Origin: an uncultured Thermoplasmatales archaeon
GTDB lineage: Archaea > Thermoplasmatota > SW-10-69-26
DNA length: 64,000 nt
Direction of reading: 5' to 3'
Assembly: GCA_964581775.1 (NCBI GenBank)
Contig: CAZOQA010000004.1
Coordinates: 3,786 to 67,785 of the forward strand
The notes under the pieces are model-generated. The model searched no databases and was not told the origin of the DNA. It saw only the letters and a program-made list of their open reading frames with translations. Of this stretch, positions 44,301-55,300 are shown one piece after another (position 1 is the stretch's first letter; each line of letters starts with the position of its first letter). The translations under genes were made by a program, and so were the position numbers.

Positions 44301-46334
44301 GTGACCGTGAACGTGACCGCGGACGAGCCCGTCGCCCTCGACACCGACCTCGCCCTCCAAGCCCCCGACGGTGACGCGCACAAGCCCCTGAGCGTCTCCG
44401 AAGAACGCGACAGGCACCACCAGCTCGTCTTCCCCGCCCTCGACGTGAACACCACGTACGAGCTTCCGGTGGACGCCGTCGACGAAGCCGGGAATGCCGC
44501 GAACGCGAACACGCACGTCGAGACCGCTCGCACCCTCGACGTGAGCCTCGAGACCCGCCCCGACGTCGTCGGGGACGCCGTCGAGATCGCGTTCACCGCC
44601 GGCGCCCTCGCCCCCGACCAGCAAGGAGCCCCCATGACGCGCATCCAAGCCACCGCGACGACCCAAGACCAAGAATGCGCCTCGCCCCGCAGCACGACCC
44701 AGTACATCGACGCGCCCATCGACGACCCCCGCACGTACACGGTCACGCTGCCCCTTACGGAATGCCCCGGCGGGGAGCTCACCCTCGAACTCCACCTCGA
44801 GAACGGGCCCGAGGACGAGCCCATCGAATCGCTCACGCTCACCACGGACACGATCCGCGACACCGAGACCCCCACGCCCCGCATCGACGTGCAAGGCGAG
44901 AAAGCCGCCACCGGCTGGTACACCAGCCCCGTCAGCATCACGCCCACCGGCGAGGACGACACAGGCATCCAGCACGCCCGGCTCGAGACCCGCGATGGCC
45001 CCGTCAGCCAACGCATGATCGACCAACCCGGCGTCCACGAGGTCACCGTCACCGCCGTCGACCACGCCAACCGCACCGCCACGCGCACCCTGGACGTGCC
45101 CATCGACCTGGCCCCGCCCGAGGTGCACCTGGTCAGCCAAGACCCGCTGCCCACCGAACGCAGCACCATCACCGTCGAAGCCGCCGGCGCAGACGACGCC
45201 AGCGGGCTCGACAGCATCCGAACCCTCGACGCGGACGGCTCGTTCACCGACTGGTCCCCCGTCGTGGAAGGCATGCAGCTACGCCTGGACATCCAAGGGC
45301 TCGACGAGATCGTGGCCGAGGTCCGCGACCGGGCCGGGCACGTCACGCAAACCGTCCTACCTGTGACCTCCCTGGCCAACCCGCCCACCGTGGAAGACGG
45401 CGGCCTCGTCGCCGTGTCCCCCTCCACCATCGAGGTGCACGCCGAACTGGACCGCCCCCTCGAACTGGACGCCCTCGCCGAACAAGACGGCACCCTCGTC
45501 TCCAAAACCACGAGCCCGCAAGCCGACGAACACCGGTTCACCCTCGAAGGGCTCCGACCCGCCACGGAGACCCTCGTCACCGTGCGCGCGCAACTCACCG
45601 ACGGATCTGCCGTCACGCTCGAGGAGGTCTCCGGCACCGTGCAACTGCCCGCCTCGCAAGGGCCACCCACCGTACCGGAAAACCTAAGCGCGGAGGTTCT
45701 CAGCGATGGGACCGTGACGGTCTCCTGGGACGCCGCCAGGGACGATGCCGGCATCGACCGGTACCTGGTCGAGCGAAGCACCGGCGGGCAGCTCTCCGAT
45801 CAGCGAAGCGTCACGGACACGAAGATCCTCGACGATCCCGCGCCCGGCGCCACGCACGAGTACCGCGTGCAAGCCGTCGATTTGGCCGGCCGCTCGGGCG
45901 GCTGGACGATGCCCGTCGCGGTCACGCCTCAAGCACCCCTGGAGGTCGTCTCCTACGAGATCACGCCCCAGATCGCACCCGCCGGGACGCCCGTCGAGAT
46001 CACGGTCGTCGCGGAAGGCGACGGCGCGCCCGGCACGGCGGCCGTCACGTTCGGGGACGAGAGGATCCCCCTGGCGCTTGAGGAAGGCGAGGACGGACGA
46101 TGGGTCTATTCCGCGAACGTGGACCTCCCCGCGACGGACACGTTCTTCCCCGAGGGCATCACCGTGCACCTGGACGATGCCACGTTCCCCGAGGAGGGAA
46201 GCTACCCCGGGCCCGTGGTGAAGGCGCTCGAGGACGAGCAGATCGCCACCACCGAGGACGTGCCCGCTCCCAGCCTCGCCGTGTTGCTCACCGTGTTGAC
46301 CCTGATCCCGCTTGCTAGGAGGTGGACCGCTTGA
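38310..46334 (+). CDS. giant anchored surface protein (about 2674 aa): signal anchor, acidic/alpha-helical region, GxD Ca-binding-like repeats, Ig-like modules, FN3 domain
   Basis: ATG at 38310 overlaps the upstream stop (ATGA), and a GGAGGA SD lies at 38299-38304. The N-terminus is MNKKTVAVLASLLAIGGITVAVTA. Motifs include AGNDTYDV, AGNDTIRA, RGNDRYEG, GGDDAFDG and GGSDTITGG. An FN3 segment is LSAEVLSDGTVTVSWDAARDDAGIDRYLVERS...YRVQAVDLAGRSGGW. The C-terminus is VPAPSLAVLLTVLTLIPLARRWTA. Confidence 0.9.
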   Translation: MNKKTVAVLASLLAIGGITVAVTALQPSLTDALHEHLGSSGDDATDEHASQGADASDSQGDAQDEAPGSSSPEASTLNPQDDPPLVNAPMRGASPMQMTEDLLGPTPEDLRTVDPEMTLAEALRQHPSFPSDEPIETPGIPTEGPLENALARLLQAHGIMTELQTAASEGDPVAKDLLPHAAAQLAEEADRSAPTFNAASDLYTLGEDAQLRLNGQPVPVEHVASYQQEVDRLYSLIGLPQTAADPGAHDPTELARLVHATADVVEATKEAQQAAQRADEIQDDLERVDAALQDGALTEEDAQLLVTVARTVHEVTLEPIQQRLDALDTLYATTEALAPSLTTTAGSTPIQDAGMPMDEHELATVEELLGMIGGDGDETVNNVQDGLEEGVQGLEELANQTEEGVEEITRGGEETYNETEEQVEETIQPVNDQLAENFVDPFGAIMILGDGNDHVNGTGAPVPVNVPGVGAVGSLFPRAPLLVVDQGGEETYEQIPRSTAADETVQGTGEPLVPEDEIREGTPVDPREPMPPLGGLFEPVELFVNALASVVYDSATAPVEDQQGVEVAVTADTPIQVVVDLDGDDAYTGEIGAAYAAGGGTAAVYDAAGNDTYDVGKGIGLIEEDGLAIVKDYAGNDTIRAERGVGSVLEPFTVGEFDRAEFEDDFRYRVGGLGGFVNFAGDNMYEVEEAGIGLAFGRSLNFDSQMGGLVPVVAPVALDLAGGAEDFAPTLLGDTFDPTNEVERDDGGALAAWAEEQDGFRYAFTPDSLGNPMVRLQAAYRTYEADLAEPSEGTIHVQDHNVTLGIPSSSMIELPSSSMTLQNEILIHLDDEPREYEPDYPLILIDAGDTNDVYRNATPPGMIANATDAPQSAGQLATVGQGIFGDDVTVAPNLVLDTRGNDRYEGQTAHLNTSRLAQELRSENEDSEGLRAPVAGTVVADLGGDDAFDGDVASVDVNMTLYSSTMTSLVYSAGGSDTITGGHVGGITVSHAMDAETFLDSQVGHSVTSLLLMGTQDPETERNRIEAAEGSMGSILVQEPGEEEEAIVQPNTKLTAASIVAGPSDFISTEHSFGSVRWCDAGERCPDSEGGSDVSVDLISDSERPELRALFVGGNTPNTYTLDSPDAIGHVTIDPEADLCTSQEVSLGDPPSRVSETPPSILTRFVETGGPTVYEMTDRTEESPAWRNDHSWRPFGEDEDEQCPETQLGHPAVMDALGQDYVRPSETPAGDVATVQTIDTLAIDNLGQFVLGTAGEATGGQIEEQTGLTFEPPRLCAAPFAVAEDGSTLRGFNQPTHRCADASDPRTLSEDALQAHERMLITTETRGTVPANAFAALNPCDTGNTGDRFLDLDALEENVPGGNPLAQGTSGCWATLEVKKQTSSSTTSPTWSPLAPNGEGWLPVMASPLYCGYTDDDGMPVKCATDAAPVPYTVDGSDGYNLERWFLAEGDYDYRVTLNGPISTLMGEETMFEGQLTLDREPLKQAQPVPGYEVPVETQEKPGLLTWLEDASPDEIPGALEGFDVRVVHQDEQGPPEHVEVWSPLILPSYRDIVPGVCLDGTPYRGIASDASTGWRGDRGHWVTTYPLDAWDADEAPQDCQDATPSAALDAKHEPLPVDTGLWHAPFGDEPRRLQLPEDATTETVLVDETEPELTLTPLPGPDGEPLKQLDADATGTVGIGIQDLSAPQISGNMDEDDLTDGPLYIQLPLNVTSHSPMQQIRFAGVTDDPLQENVIESHEDEGQIMQGIQITYDHDDHAGTLPCSPSDSQDHVACQARLNLTRAGQAPDGTWYRHAHLNLTLHTSDEAGTDQAELRDALERSIRDDEDITFEVVQDGDVEVEDEAGNQLSKDLDEIVLNLYRPSDLAVPCEGDGLEVVTREGTVTVRTYTEDEDTLLGLLVEARQGDEWTVQDWIWMDELDPVDGDCTPDADGDWLGFDYAVQHAAPNETVRQELRTVPVDEVGNRALSFGPFEFAVIADQQAPTLRLDQHAATPSSVTVNVTADEPVALDTDLALQAPDGDAHKPLSVSEERDRHHQLVFPALDVNTTYELPVDAVDEAGNAANANTHVETARTLDVSLETRPDVVGDAVEIAFTAGALAPDQQGAPMTRIQATATTQDQECASPRSTTQYIDAPIDDPRTYTVTLPLTECPGGELTLELHLENGPEDEPIESLTLTTDTIRDTETPTPRIDVQGEKAATGWYTSPVSITPTGEDDTGIQHARLETRDGPVSQRMIDQPGVHEVTVTAVDHANRTATRTLDVPIDLAPPEVHLVSQDPLPTERSTITVEAAGADDASGLDSIRTLDADGSFTDWSPVVEGMQLRLDIQGLDEIVAEVRDRAGHVTQTVLPVTSLANPPTVEDGGLVAVSPSTIEVHAELDRPLELDALAEQDGTLVSKTTSPQADEHRFTLEGLRPATETLVTVRAQLTDGSAVTLEEVSGTVQLPASQGPPTVPENLSAEVLSDGTVTVSWDAARDDAGIDRYLVERSTGGQLSDQRSVTDTKILDDPAPGATHEYRVQAVDLAGRSGGWTMPVAVTPQAPLEVVSYEITPQIAPAGTPVEITVVAEGDGAPGTAAVTFGDERIPLALEEGEDGRWVYSANVDLPATDTFFPEGITVHLDDATFPEEGSYPGPVVKALEDEQIATTEDVPAPSLAVLLTVLTLIPLARRWTA

Positions 46335-49300
46335 ACGCTCGCTTGCTCGTAGCCGCTCTCGTCGTCGTCGGGCTCCCCATGATCGCGATCGCGTCCGCGC
46401 AGGACACGCCCGACCCGGGCCTGCCGGACGTAGGCGAGGTCCCCGATCCCGGAGAGGACGCCGCCTTCGACGAGGTGTTCGTGGTGCTCGACGAGAACGC
46501 CTGCCCCATCGAGGACGGGTTCGAGGCGGACCTCCTCGAGGGGACCACCGCATGGTCCTCCGAGCACCACCCGCGAGCCAGCCAAGACTGCGTCGCGCAA
46601 TGGGGCGATGGAACCTACGAGCGAGGCAGCAAGGCCGCGCTGGAGGCCACCGAGATGCCCACGCGGCACCTGGCCGCCTCGAACGCGCCCTCCCAGCTCG
46701 TCAACGACGCCGCGCAGACCCTCATCGACAACGGCGTGGACCCGCGCATCGCGGCGCCCGTGCTGGCCGGGTTCGCGGACGGGTGCGAGGCCGCGTACGC
46801 CGTGGGCGATACCACCGCGGAGTCTGCGATGAACCCGGCAGGCGACTTCTGCCGGGAGGTGATCCAGGGGTCCACCATGTTCCTGGAGGTCCCCGAGGTG
46901 CCAAGCGGCGTGGGCGCCCTCTACCTGGACGTCTCCCACGCGTACCAGTTCAGCCAACCGGACGACAACCAGATCGCGCCCGACGGCGCCTGGGTCGAGG
47001 CGAGGGTCCCCGGTGAGGACTACCAACGGCTGGACCCCGTGGCTCTCTACGGGCCCAGCGAGGACGGCCAAGGCACGCTGTGCGGGACAAGCGGCCCCGT
47101 CACGGTCATCCTCGACAACTACATCCGCAACTACGACGGCGGAGCCATCGAGGAATCCATCTCGTCCCTCGAGGAGCTCTACCGCCCCGAGCTCCCGCCC
47201 GAGATGGCCGACGCGACGCCGTCCATCCTGGACCCGATCCCCGAAAGCGAGCACGAGTGGCGAGAGAACTGCGGCGGCATCGTGGACCAAACCTACGATC
47301 AAACCCTGCAAACCAGCCAGGACACCGGCGAGGACGAGACGAGCTCCTCCTCGAACCAGCCCCCGCTGCAGCGGATCTCCCCCTACCCGGGCACGATCCG
47401 AGGCGAGGGCTCCGGGTTCGTGGGATCCACCGTGGACGAGACGGGCGAGCCGCGGTTCATCAAGCACTGGTTCGATCTGTCTCCGTATGCGGGCGAGACC
47501 GTGGAGGTCCGCTTCCTCGCCACCGGCGGCGCTGGGCTTGGCACGCAAGAGGGCGGCTGGTGGATCGACCACGCCAACCTGCGCTACTCGGGCCCCGCGG
47601 ACGATCTAAGCGTCCGCGTGGACACGCCCCAGGACGGCGACGTGCTCCCCTCGGGCCGGTCTCAGATCACGCCCGGCGGCGTGCTGCCCGTCGAGTTCGT
47701 GGTCGAGAACCTGGGACGCACCCCAGCCGGCCCCGCCACCGTGGAGGTCTCGATGGCCGGCGCCATGCAGAACGTCACGGTCCCCGAGCTCCAGCCGCTG
47801 GACGCGTACCGCGCCTTCGCCATCCTTCCCGTCCCCACCGCGGGGGACGGGGAGATCAGCGCCGCGCTGGCCCAGCGCGTCCCGCTCGAGGAGAACGCCC
47901 AGAACGTCCCCTACGCGGACAGCTTCCCCGCCAACAACGAGGACACGATCGAGGTCTCCTTCGACGCCGTACAGGACGTCGAGCTGGACATCGTGGAGGT
48001 CCAACAGGACGGGTCCGAGTTCAACGTGACCGTGGACGTGGAGAACCAGGGCAACCAGCCCGCGATGGTTCCCCTGGAAGCCACGCTCACGCCCGTGGAC
48101 CTGTCCACGCGCAGCCCGCGAACCGTCGACGCTCAACCCCAAGGCATCGTCGCCTCCGTGATGGTCCCCCACAGCGACGAGGTCAACTCGTACGGGGTCA
48201 GCGACCCCACGCGGTCCGCGAACGTGGACTTGGAGGTCCCCAACGAGGGCGTCTGGGAGATCAAGCTCTCCAGCATCGCCCACGACGACGCGGACGCCAC
48301 CACGATCGTGCCCTTCGGGGAAGCCACGCCCACGGCCATCTCGAACTCCTTGGGAAGGGTTCTGACGGGTCCCACCGAGGAGATCCCGCGCGGCGGGTTC
48401 GAGCTCGTCGGCGAGACCGACGACTTGGACGAGCAGGCCGCGTTCCTCGAGGACCTGCGCCACCCCATCGACGGGCCCGAGACCCGGTTCGTCCCCATCG
48501 GGCAAGCCGCCATGGGAAGCGCCGGCGAGATGCTGCCCGAGGAATGGAGCCCCGTGCGGGGCGAGAACGCCGCCGCGTGGGGCAACGCGAGCATCGGCGG
48601 AGAGGACCGGGACAGTTGCGAGGTCGATGCGGAACTGGCCGACAACACGAACATCGGCGGCCAGGTGCTCAACCAGCAACTCGGGACCGTCGCGGGCTCG
48701 CTCGAGACGGTGCTCTGCACCGCCAACGATCTCAACGAGACGGTTGGCGGAGCTTGCGATCAGCTAAGAGGACAGAACGAGACCGTAGGCGACGCGTGCG
48801 CCTCCACCCTACCGACCGACTCCATCCCGGAGGACCTCTTCGGCGATCTCGAGAACGAGGCAGGGATTCGGAGCCCGACCGACCTGCGCGTGCCCGCGTC
48901 CTTGCAAGCGTGGAACGTCCGCCAGAACCACGTCGCCATCTACGGCGTGGGCACGGACGCCAGCGATGCAGAGAGCCTGGACGCCAGCGACGAAGAAAGC
49001 CTGCGCATCCAGGAGGACGACGATCGCGTCTACATCGACTTCCGGCACGCAGGGAAGCTGCACTGGGAGAACGAGCGCGGCGCCAAGGCGCAACTCGCGA
49101 TCGTGCCCGGCGGGCAGGTCAACCTCGTCGAGGAGATGCGCTCGGTCGAGAACCAGACCCGGCAACTCACGCACGATCTGGGCCTCCCGCCCGAGGGTCA
49201 GGCCCTCGTGAACACGCTGCTGATGGACGTGTTCTTCCAGAACGTGATCCAGAACACCCCGGACACGCGGCTGCCCCAGGACGTGTGCAACGGGTTGAAC

Positions 49301-52300
49301 CCGGGCGAGGACGACGGCGGGGACGACGGCGTGGGCCTCGTCACGCAGACGCTTTTGACCTTCTGCGGGGACACGCAGGTCGTCGAGAACGTCGAGCCGG
49401 CCTGCGACCAAGCGGACATCGTCGCGGCGGAGTGCGACCTCACCGAGCACGTGGACTCCACGATCCTGCACCAGTCCGGGCAAACAGAGGAGGACGGTGT
49501 CGTGGTCGAATGGACCCAGCCGGTCGGATGGCAGACCGAGCGCGTGGACATCACGCGCATCGTGGAGGAGACCACGCGCGAGGACGGGCTCGACGAGGGC
49601 TTCTACGTGATGTTCAACCTCGTCACGACCTCGGACCTCGACACCTTCCTCACCAGCGCAAGCGCGGACGCCCCCGGCGAGGGCGACAAGGCCGGCGCGC
49701 AGACCGCAGACACCGACGCCGCGCTCACCAAGGCCGAGGCCACCTTCGGGTGGGAGCGCGGGACCGTGCCCGTGTGGACCGTGAACGAACCCCGGCTTGA
49801 GCGCGCAGCCGAGGACAGCGACGAACCCCGGGCGCGCTGGTGCCTGAGCCCCAACCCTGATACCGAAGACATCTCCGAGTGCGAGACCGAGAAGACGCTC
49901 CAACCCAGCGACATGCGAGGCTGGGAGACCTTCTGGCTCGAGGACAGCGCCCGCACCGCTTGGTCCTACGAGCAACGGGGTGGCGACCCGCAAAGCACCT
50001 CCCCCGGCGCGCTCGTGTGGGAGGGCGGATCGGGCGAGCTGATCCAAACGCACGACGGGCTTAGCGTCGCCATCGACCAAGACGAACGGGACCCGTACAG
50101 CGTGCTCAAAAGCCCCGTCGTGGACGTCTCCGGGTACGACCAACCCGTGGCCCAGATGAACGTGCAATGGGGCCAAAGCGAGGCCGGAACGGCCTATTAC
50201 GGGGACGATCAAGAGCTGGCAAGTCTCGAGAGCCGCTGCGATAGCGAAAGCGACGCCGCCCAAGACAGCCACGTGTGGGCCTGGACCGGGTGGAACGTGC
50301 GCGTTCGACCCGTGAACGCGGACGGGAGCCTGGGCGAGGCCCAGACCGTGGAACCCGTCGGCGGGTACCACGCGTGCGAGACGGACACGGACGCGCGCGT
50401 CTCCGTGCTCTTCAACGGGGAGGCCATCTACCGCTCCCCCAACACGTACGAGTCCACGATCGTCTGGGAGGGGTCCCCCGTTGGGGTCCCGGGTTCCGAT
50501 CTGGGCAGCACGTGCGGGACGGGCTTGGAGGAGGCCACGGACCCGACGCAGTTCTGCCGGGACGCCGAGCTGGCGTTCGGGCACGAGGAGCCCGTGTTCG
50601 CGTTCCCGATGCCCGGCTGGAATGAGGTCGCCTTCGACCTGTCCGAGTTCCGGGGCCAACAGGTGCAGATCGAGGTCCACGCATTTGGCCTGATGGCAGA
50701 GGAGCCAGGGTCTTTGCCGCGCGACCCGGTCCCGCGGGGCGAGCTCCGCGTCGACGCGTTCGAGGTCTCCGAGGGCAACCCGCCCTACGATGCGAGCCTC
50801 GATCACGAGGACCGGTCCCTGATCGCGCCCGCGACCGAGGAGCGCTTCGAGCTCGACATCACGAACCGAGGCTCCGACCCGATCGACCGCGTCGATCTGC
50901 GACGCACGGTCGTGGGCCCGGACGGGTGCCAGGCCGTGGACCCCGTCGTGGAGCCGTGGACGCTTCTGGACCCCCAGACGGGGGAACCCGGCCTCCCCCC
51001 CGGCGAGGAGGCCACGATCCGCAACCCGCAGCTGGCCTGGAACGTGCCCGACGACGAGGGCGAGATCTACGAGCGCCGCCTGACCGTGGAGACCGGCGGG
51101 TCGCTGGCACCCAGCCTTGCCCCCGAGGCCATCCTGCACCCCGGCGAGGACGGGTCCGTGACGGCCGTGTTCGTGGACGGGGACGACTGCGCGGACGACG
51201 TCGAGCTCACCGTGGACGAGCTGGCCGGCGACGCGAACGTGGACGAGGACGCGAACACGGTCACCGTGGACCACGAGGACGAGGAGGACATCGAGACCCG
51301 GAGCAGCATCAAGGTGCACGCCACGGACGCGCACGGCGTCGAGAGCCTGCCCGCGTACCTCACACCCGTGCCCCCCACCGGGCTCCAGGACCCCGTGCCC
51401 GGGTTCGAGGCCACGTGCGACCCGCTCCCGGACGACCCTAACCACGTGGCCGAGTGCACCTTCGACGCGAGCGAGCTCACCCAAGACCCGAGCGACGTGA
51501 TCGAAGAGTACCGCTGGGACTTCGACGATGCAGACGAAGGTGCCGGCGAGAACGTCACGCACCGGTACGAGGACGCAGGCACGTACAACGTGGAGCTCAC
51601 CGTCGCGTGGGACATCGACGAGGACGAAGAGGAAACGGCCTCCGTGGACGAATGGGTCACCGTGAATGAGGACGACCCGTACCAGCAGCTCGTCCGAACG
51701 GTCGTCGAAGGGACGAACATCCAGGGGCTTTTGGGCCTCTCCGACGACGAAGACGACGAGCTAGAACAGCTGCCCGACGAGGGCGAGACCGAGGTCGAGG
51801 TGCTCCAGTCCGCCACCCGCGAGGACGGGACCGGTTCCGCCGTGCGCATCGCCGTAGACAAACCGGAAGACTCGATGGCGACCCGCCTGGTTTTGCCATG
51901 CGAGACGGGCGCCCAGTGCGAGGGGAACATGATCGGCGTCACCGGGTTCGACGACGTGCTCCTGCAGGGTTTGGCCCCGGGCCACTACATCGGGTACGTC
52001 ATGTTCGGGGACCAGTTCGCCTTCTCGCCCGTCGAGTTCACGGTCGAACTCGAGCCCGACACGGGAACGGATGCGCGCCCCAGCGACAACACGATCACGC
52101 TGAAGAGCGAGATCCGAGAGGACCCCAGCGTGCGCGTGGAAAGCATCGACGTGCCCAAGCTTTTGCCGGTCGGAGAGGAGGTCCAGCTGGACATCCAGGT
52201 CACCAACGACGGGAACGTGCCCCTCGAGGACGTGACCACGGACGTCCGCATCTCCCCGTTCGACCTGAGCGTGGAAGCCGACCGCATCCAACGCTTGGAC

Positions 52301-55300
52301 CCCGGTCGCACGCTCACCGCGCAGGCCACGGTGGACCTGCCCCGGCCCGGGCCCGCCACGGTCAGCGTCGCGACCACGGCCGCGGCCGAGGACCGAGGCA
52401 CCGTCGCCGACGAGAAAGGCTCCGGCACCGTCGTCGTGGACCGACACGTGCTCTCCCCCGAACCCGGAGACCACGACCACTGGGACGTGGACGAGGTCAT
52501 CCAGTTCGGCGACGGGAACCGCCTGCCCAGCAACGTGAACACCACTCTCCCGCTGGCCGGCCAGATGGACACCGCAAGCTCCCCCTTCAGCATCTTCGAG
52601 ATCAACGTGAGCGGGACCCTCGAGCAAGCCTACGACGGGCTCAGCGTCGAATGGCGACCCGCCGACGCCGAGCTCAACGCCCAAAGCCGCGTGCCCTACA
52701 AGGATCTCATCCGTACGGAAGGCTACCGCGTGCCCGGCTCGAACCTCCAAGCCCTCTTCGACGAGGACGCGGACCGGGACCGGTTGGGCATCGACTGCGA
52801 CCCGTTCATCGACACCAGCGACATCGCGAACCAGGAGGTCCCCATCGCGGAGCTCTCCAACCCCGAAACGTACGCCTGCCACGAGCTCCCGCTAGGATCC
52901 AACATCACCGCAAGCCACAAAGGCGGCACGCCCGGCAACCTCACCAGCGCCATCACGGGCACCCCCACCCTGGACCTGCCCGGCATCGAGACCCAGCAGA
53001 TCCGCACCAGCGCCGCGGATATACCCAGCACGCAGCGCACCGTGGACACGATCTCCGCCAGCGACTGGGAAGAGAAGGACCAGATGGGCGGGTTCACGTT
53101 CGAGGAGGATCGGTCCTCCCTGGACAGCAGCAGCGCCTTCTACCTGCCCACCGGCACCATCGCGGAGAACGCCGAGCACTACTCGCACGAGCTCCGCGTG
53201 CCCCTTACGGTCGGCGAATGGTGCCAGTTGACCACGGAGATGGTCCCCGATCGAACACCCTTCCGCATCGTCACCGAGGAACGCCGGCTCTTCGCGAACC
53301 AGGAGGCCGGCACGAGCGGATGGGACGTGAACGTGCGCTTCGAGACCGGTGACGTCGGCCTGGCCACGTCCACCGTGATCGGGGACACGATCGTGGACCT
53401 CGAGGATCCGACCACGACGGGATGGGAGAGCCTGGAGTACGATCTTCCCCTGGGCCCCCTCTTCGCGGTCGCCACGGAGGACCCCGTGCCCATCCCCGGC
53501 TCGCTCAGCGGCACAGACGAGGACAACTGCCAGGTCCTCGAGGAGGAAGCCGCCGACCAGAAGGACAGGCTCTCCGAGGCCGAGATCATCCTGGAGTTGA
53601 CCAGCGAGCAGGGCCCCAACGAGGACGCGCTCGACGTGGGCTGGTTCGTCGGGTCCCTCGAAGCGCCCGAGCTGGGCATCGACATCGGAGCCTCCGAATC
53701 CAACCACGAGGCTCGGACCTGCCAGGAGCAAGCGCCTCCCGAGACGTGGCCCCCCGGCAACGGTCAAGGGTACCGGACCGTGTACGGGTGCAGCGAGTTC
53801 GCGACCAGCGGCGAACCCAAACGAGGATCCCTCGAACCAGGGGACGAATGGGTCAGCGATCCTCTGGGCTCGACCGAGCGCATCCAAAGCATCGCGTTCA
53901 GCGGCTCCACAGTCGTCAACGACGCGTCCGAGAACGTCGTCCTCCTCGAGGCTCTCCGTAGCGAGCGCCCCCTTGAGATCGACGAACCCACCGAGAACGG
54001 CCTGTACAGCGATCTGGACGACGACGAGACGCCTGAGGTGCTCACCACGCACCCCAGCGGGTACGAGTTCGGCGAGTTCGGCGACACCGATGGCGAAGAC
54101 TGGTTCCGGTACGTGGACGCGGTCGCGCTCGTGGACCTGCGCGCGGGCCTCGATGGCGAGGTGCTCTTCGACATGCACGCCGAGAACGGGGACGACATCG
54201 TGGCGCAGGTCGTCGCGGCACCCCTCGAACCCGGGGAAGCCTTCGGCGAGGAGGCGCCCACGCGCGTCGAGTGGACACCCCTGCAGGTGTGCGAGGCGGA
54301 CGCGGTGAGCCTCACGTACCCGCCCACGCCCCTTGGGGCAGGCCCCGGCGAGATCGTCGGCCCCCTGGACGCGTACAACACGACCCTCGAGGACGTGGAG
54401 TACACCAGCGAGGACGACAAGCAGCCCCTGTGCGCGGACGTCTCCCCCGTCGGCGGCGAAGTGGCCCTGATCGGGATCCGGTTGTGGATGCCCACCCAGG
54501 ACGCGAGCGTCGAGATCGGCGACGCCGAGGTCAACATGGACGTGCCCGACCCGCAGCAGCTTCGCCCCCAGCTTCGCGCCATGACGGACGACACCGTGCA
54601 CGAGGGCACGCTCACCATCCACGACGTCTCCATCCTCTCCATGCCTCCCGCGTTCAGCCACAACGCGGACGTTGCCTTCGACGAGCCCGTCAAATGGAAG
54701 GGCGACGAGGTGCTCGAGTCCAACAGCACCCCCTCGTTCACCATCCACGTCGACCAACCCGCCCGCCAGAGCACCTGGGACATCCAGGCCAACGTCTCCT
54801 TCGACGTGACCGTGTCAAGCGACGCGAACACGGACGTCGAAAGCGGCACGTACGCGGGGTTCGTGGACCTTCCCCAGTCCAGCTACGAAGGCTCCCAAAA
54901 GCTCGACGTCACGTGGGAGATGATGCGCGAGAGCGTCGAATCGTACCAGCACACGAACGGGACCTGGGACGACGAGGTGGACTACCTGGACTGGCTGGCG
55001 GACGAACCCGTTCTCCCGTCCGGGGACATCGCCGTGGACGCGATCGACGTCCGCGTCGAGACCGAGCTCGACGCCCTCGTGGACCCCGTCTCCGACTGCC
55101 CATCCAGCCTCGAGGACTTGGCCAAGAGCACGGATGTCACCTGCCGCCAACTGGCCACGATTGTGGACGAGGGACGCCAAGCCACGACGTCCATCGACAC
55201 CGAGCGCGCCCTCCCGGACGATCCCGGCGTGCGCCACGTGGCCGTCACGCCCGACCGGGACAGCCCCGTCGCGGTCCGAACGGCTCACCTGGAGCTGACC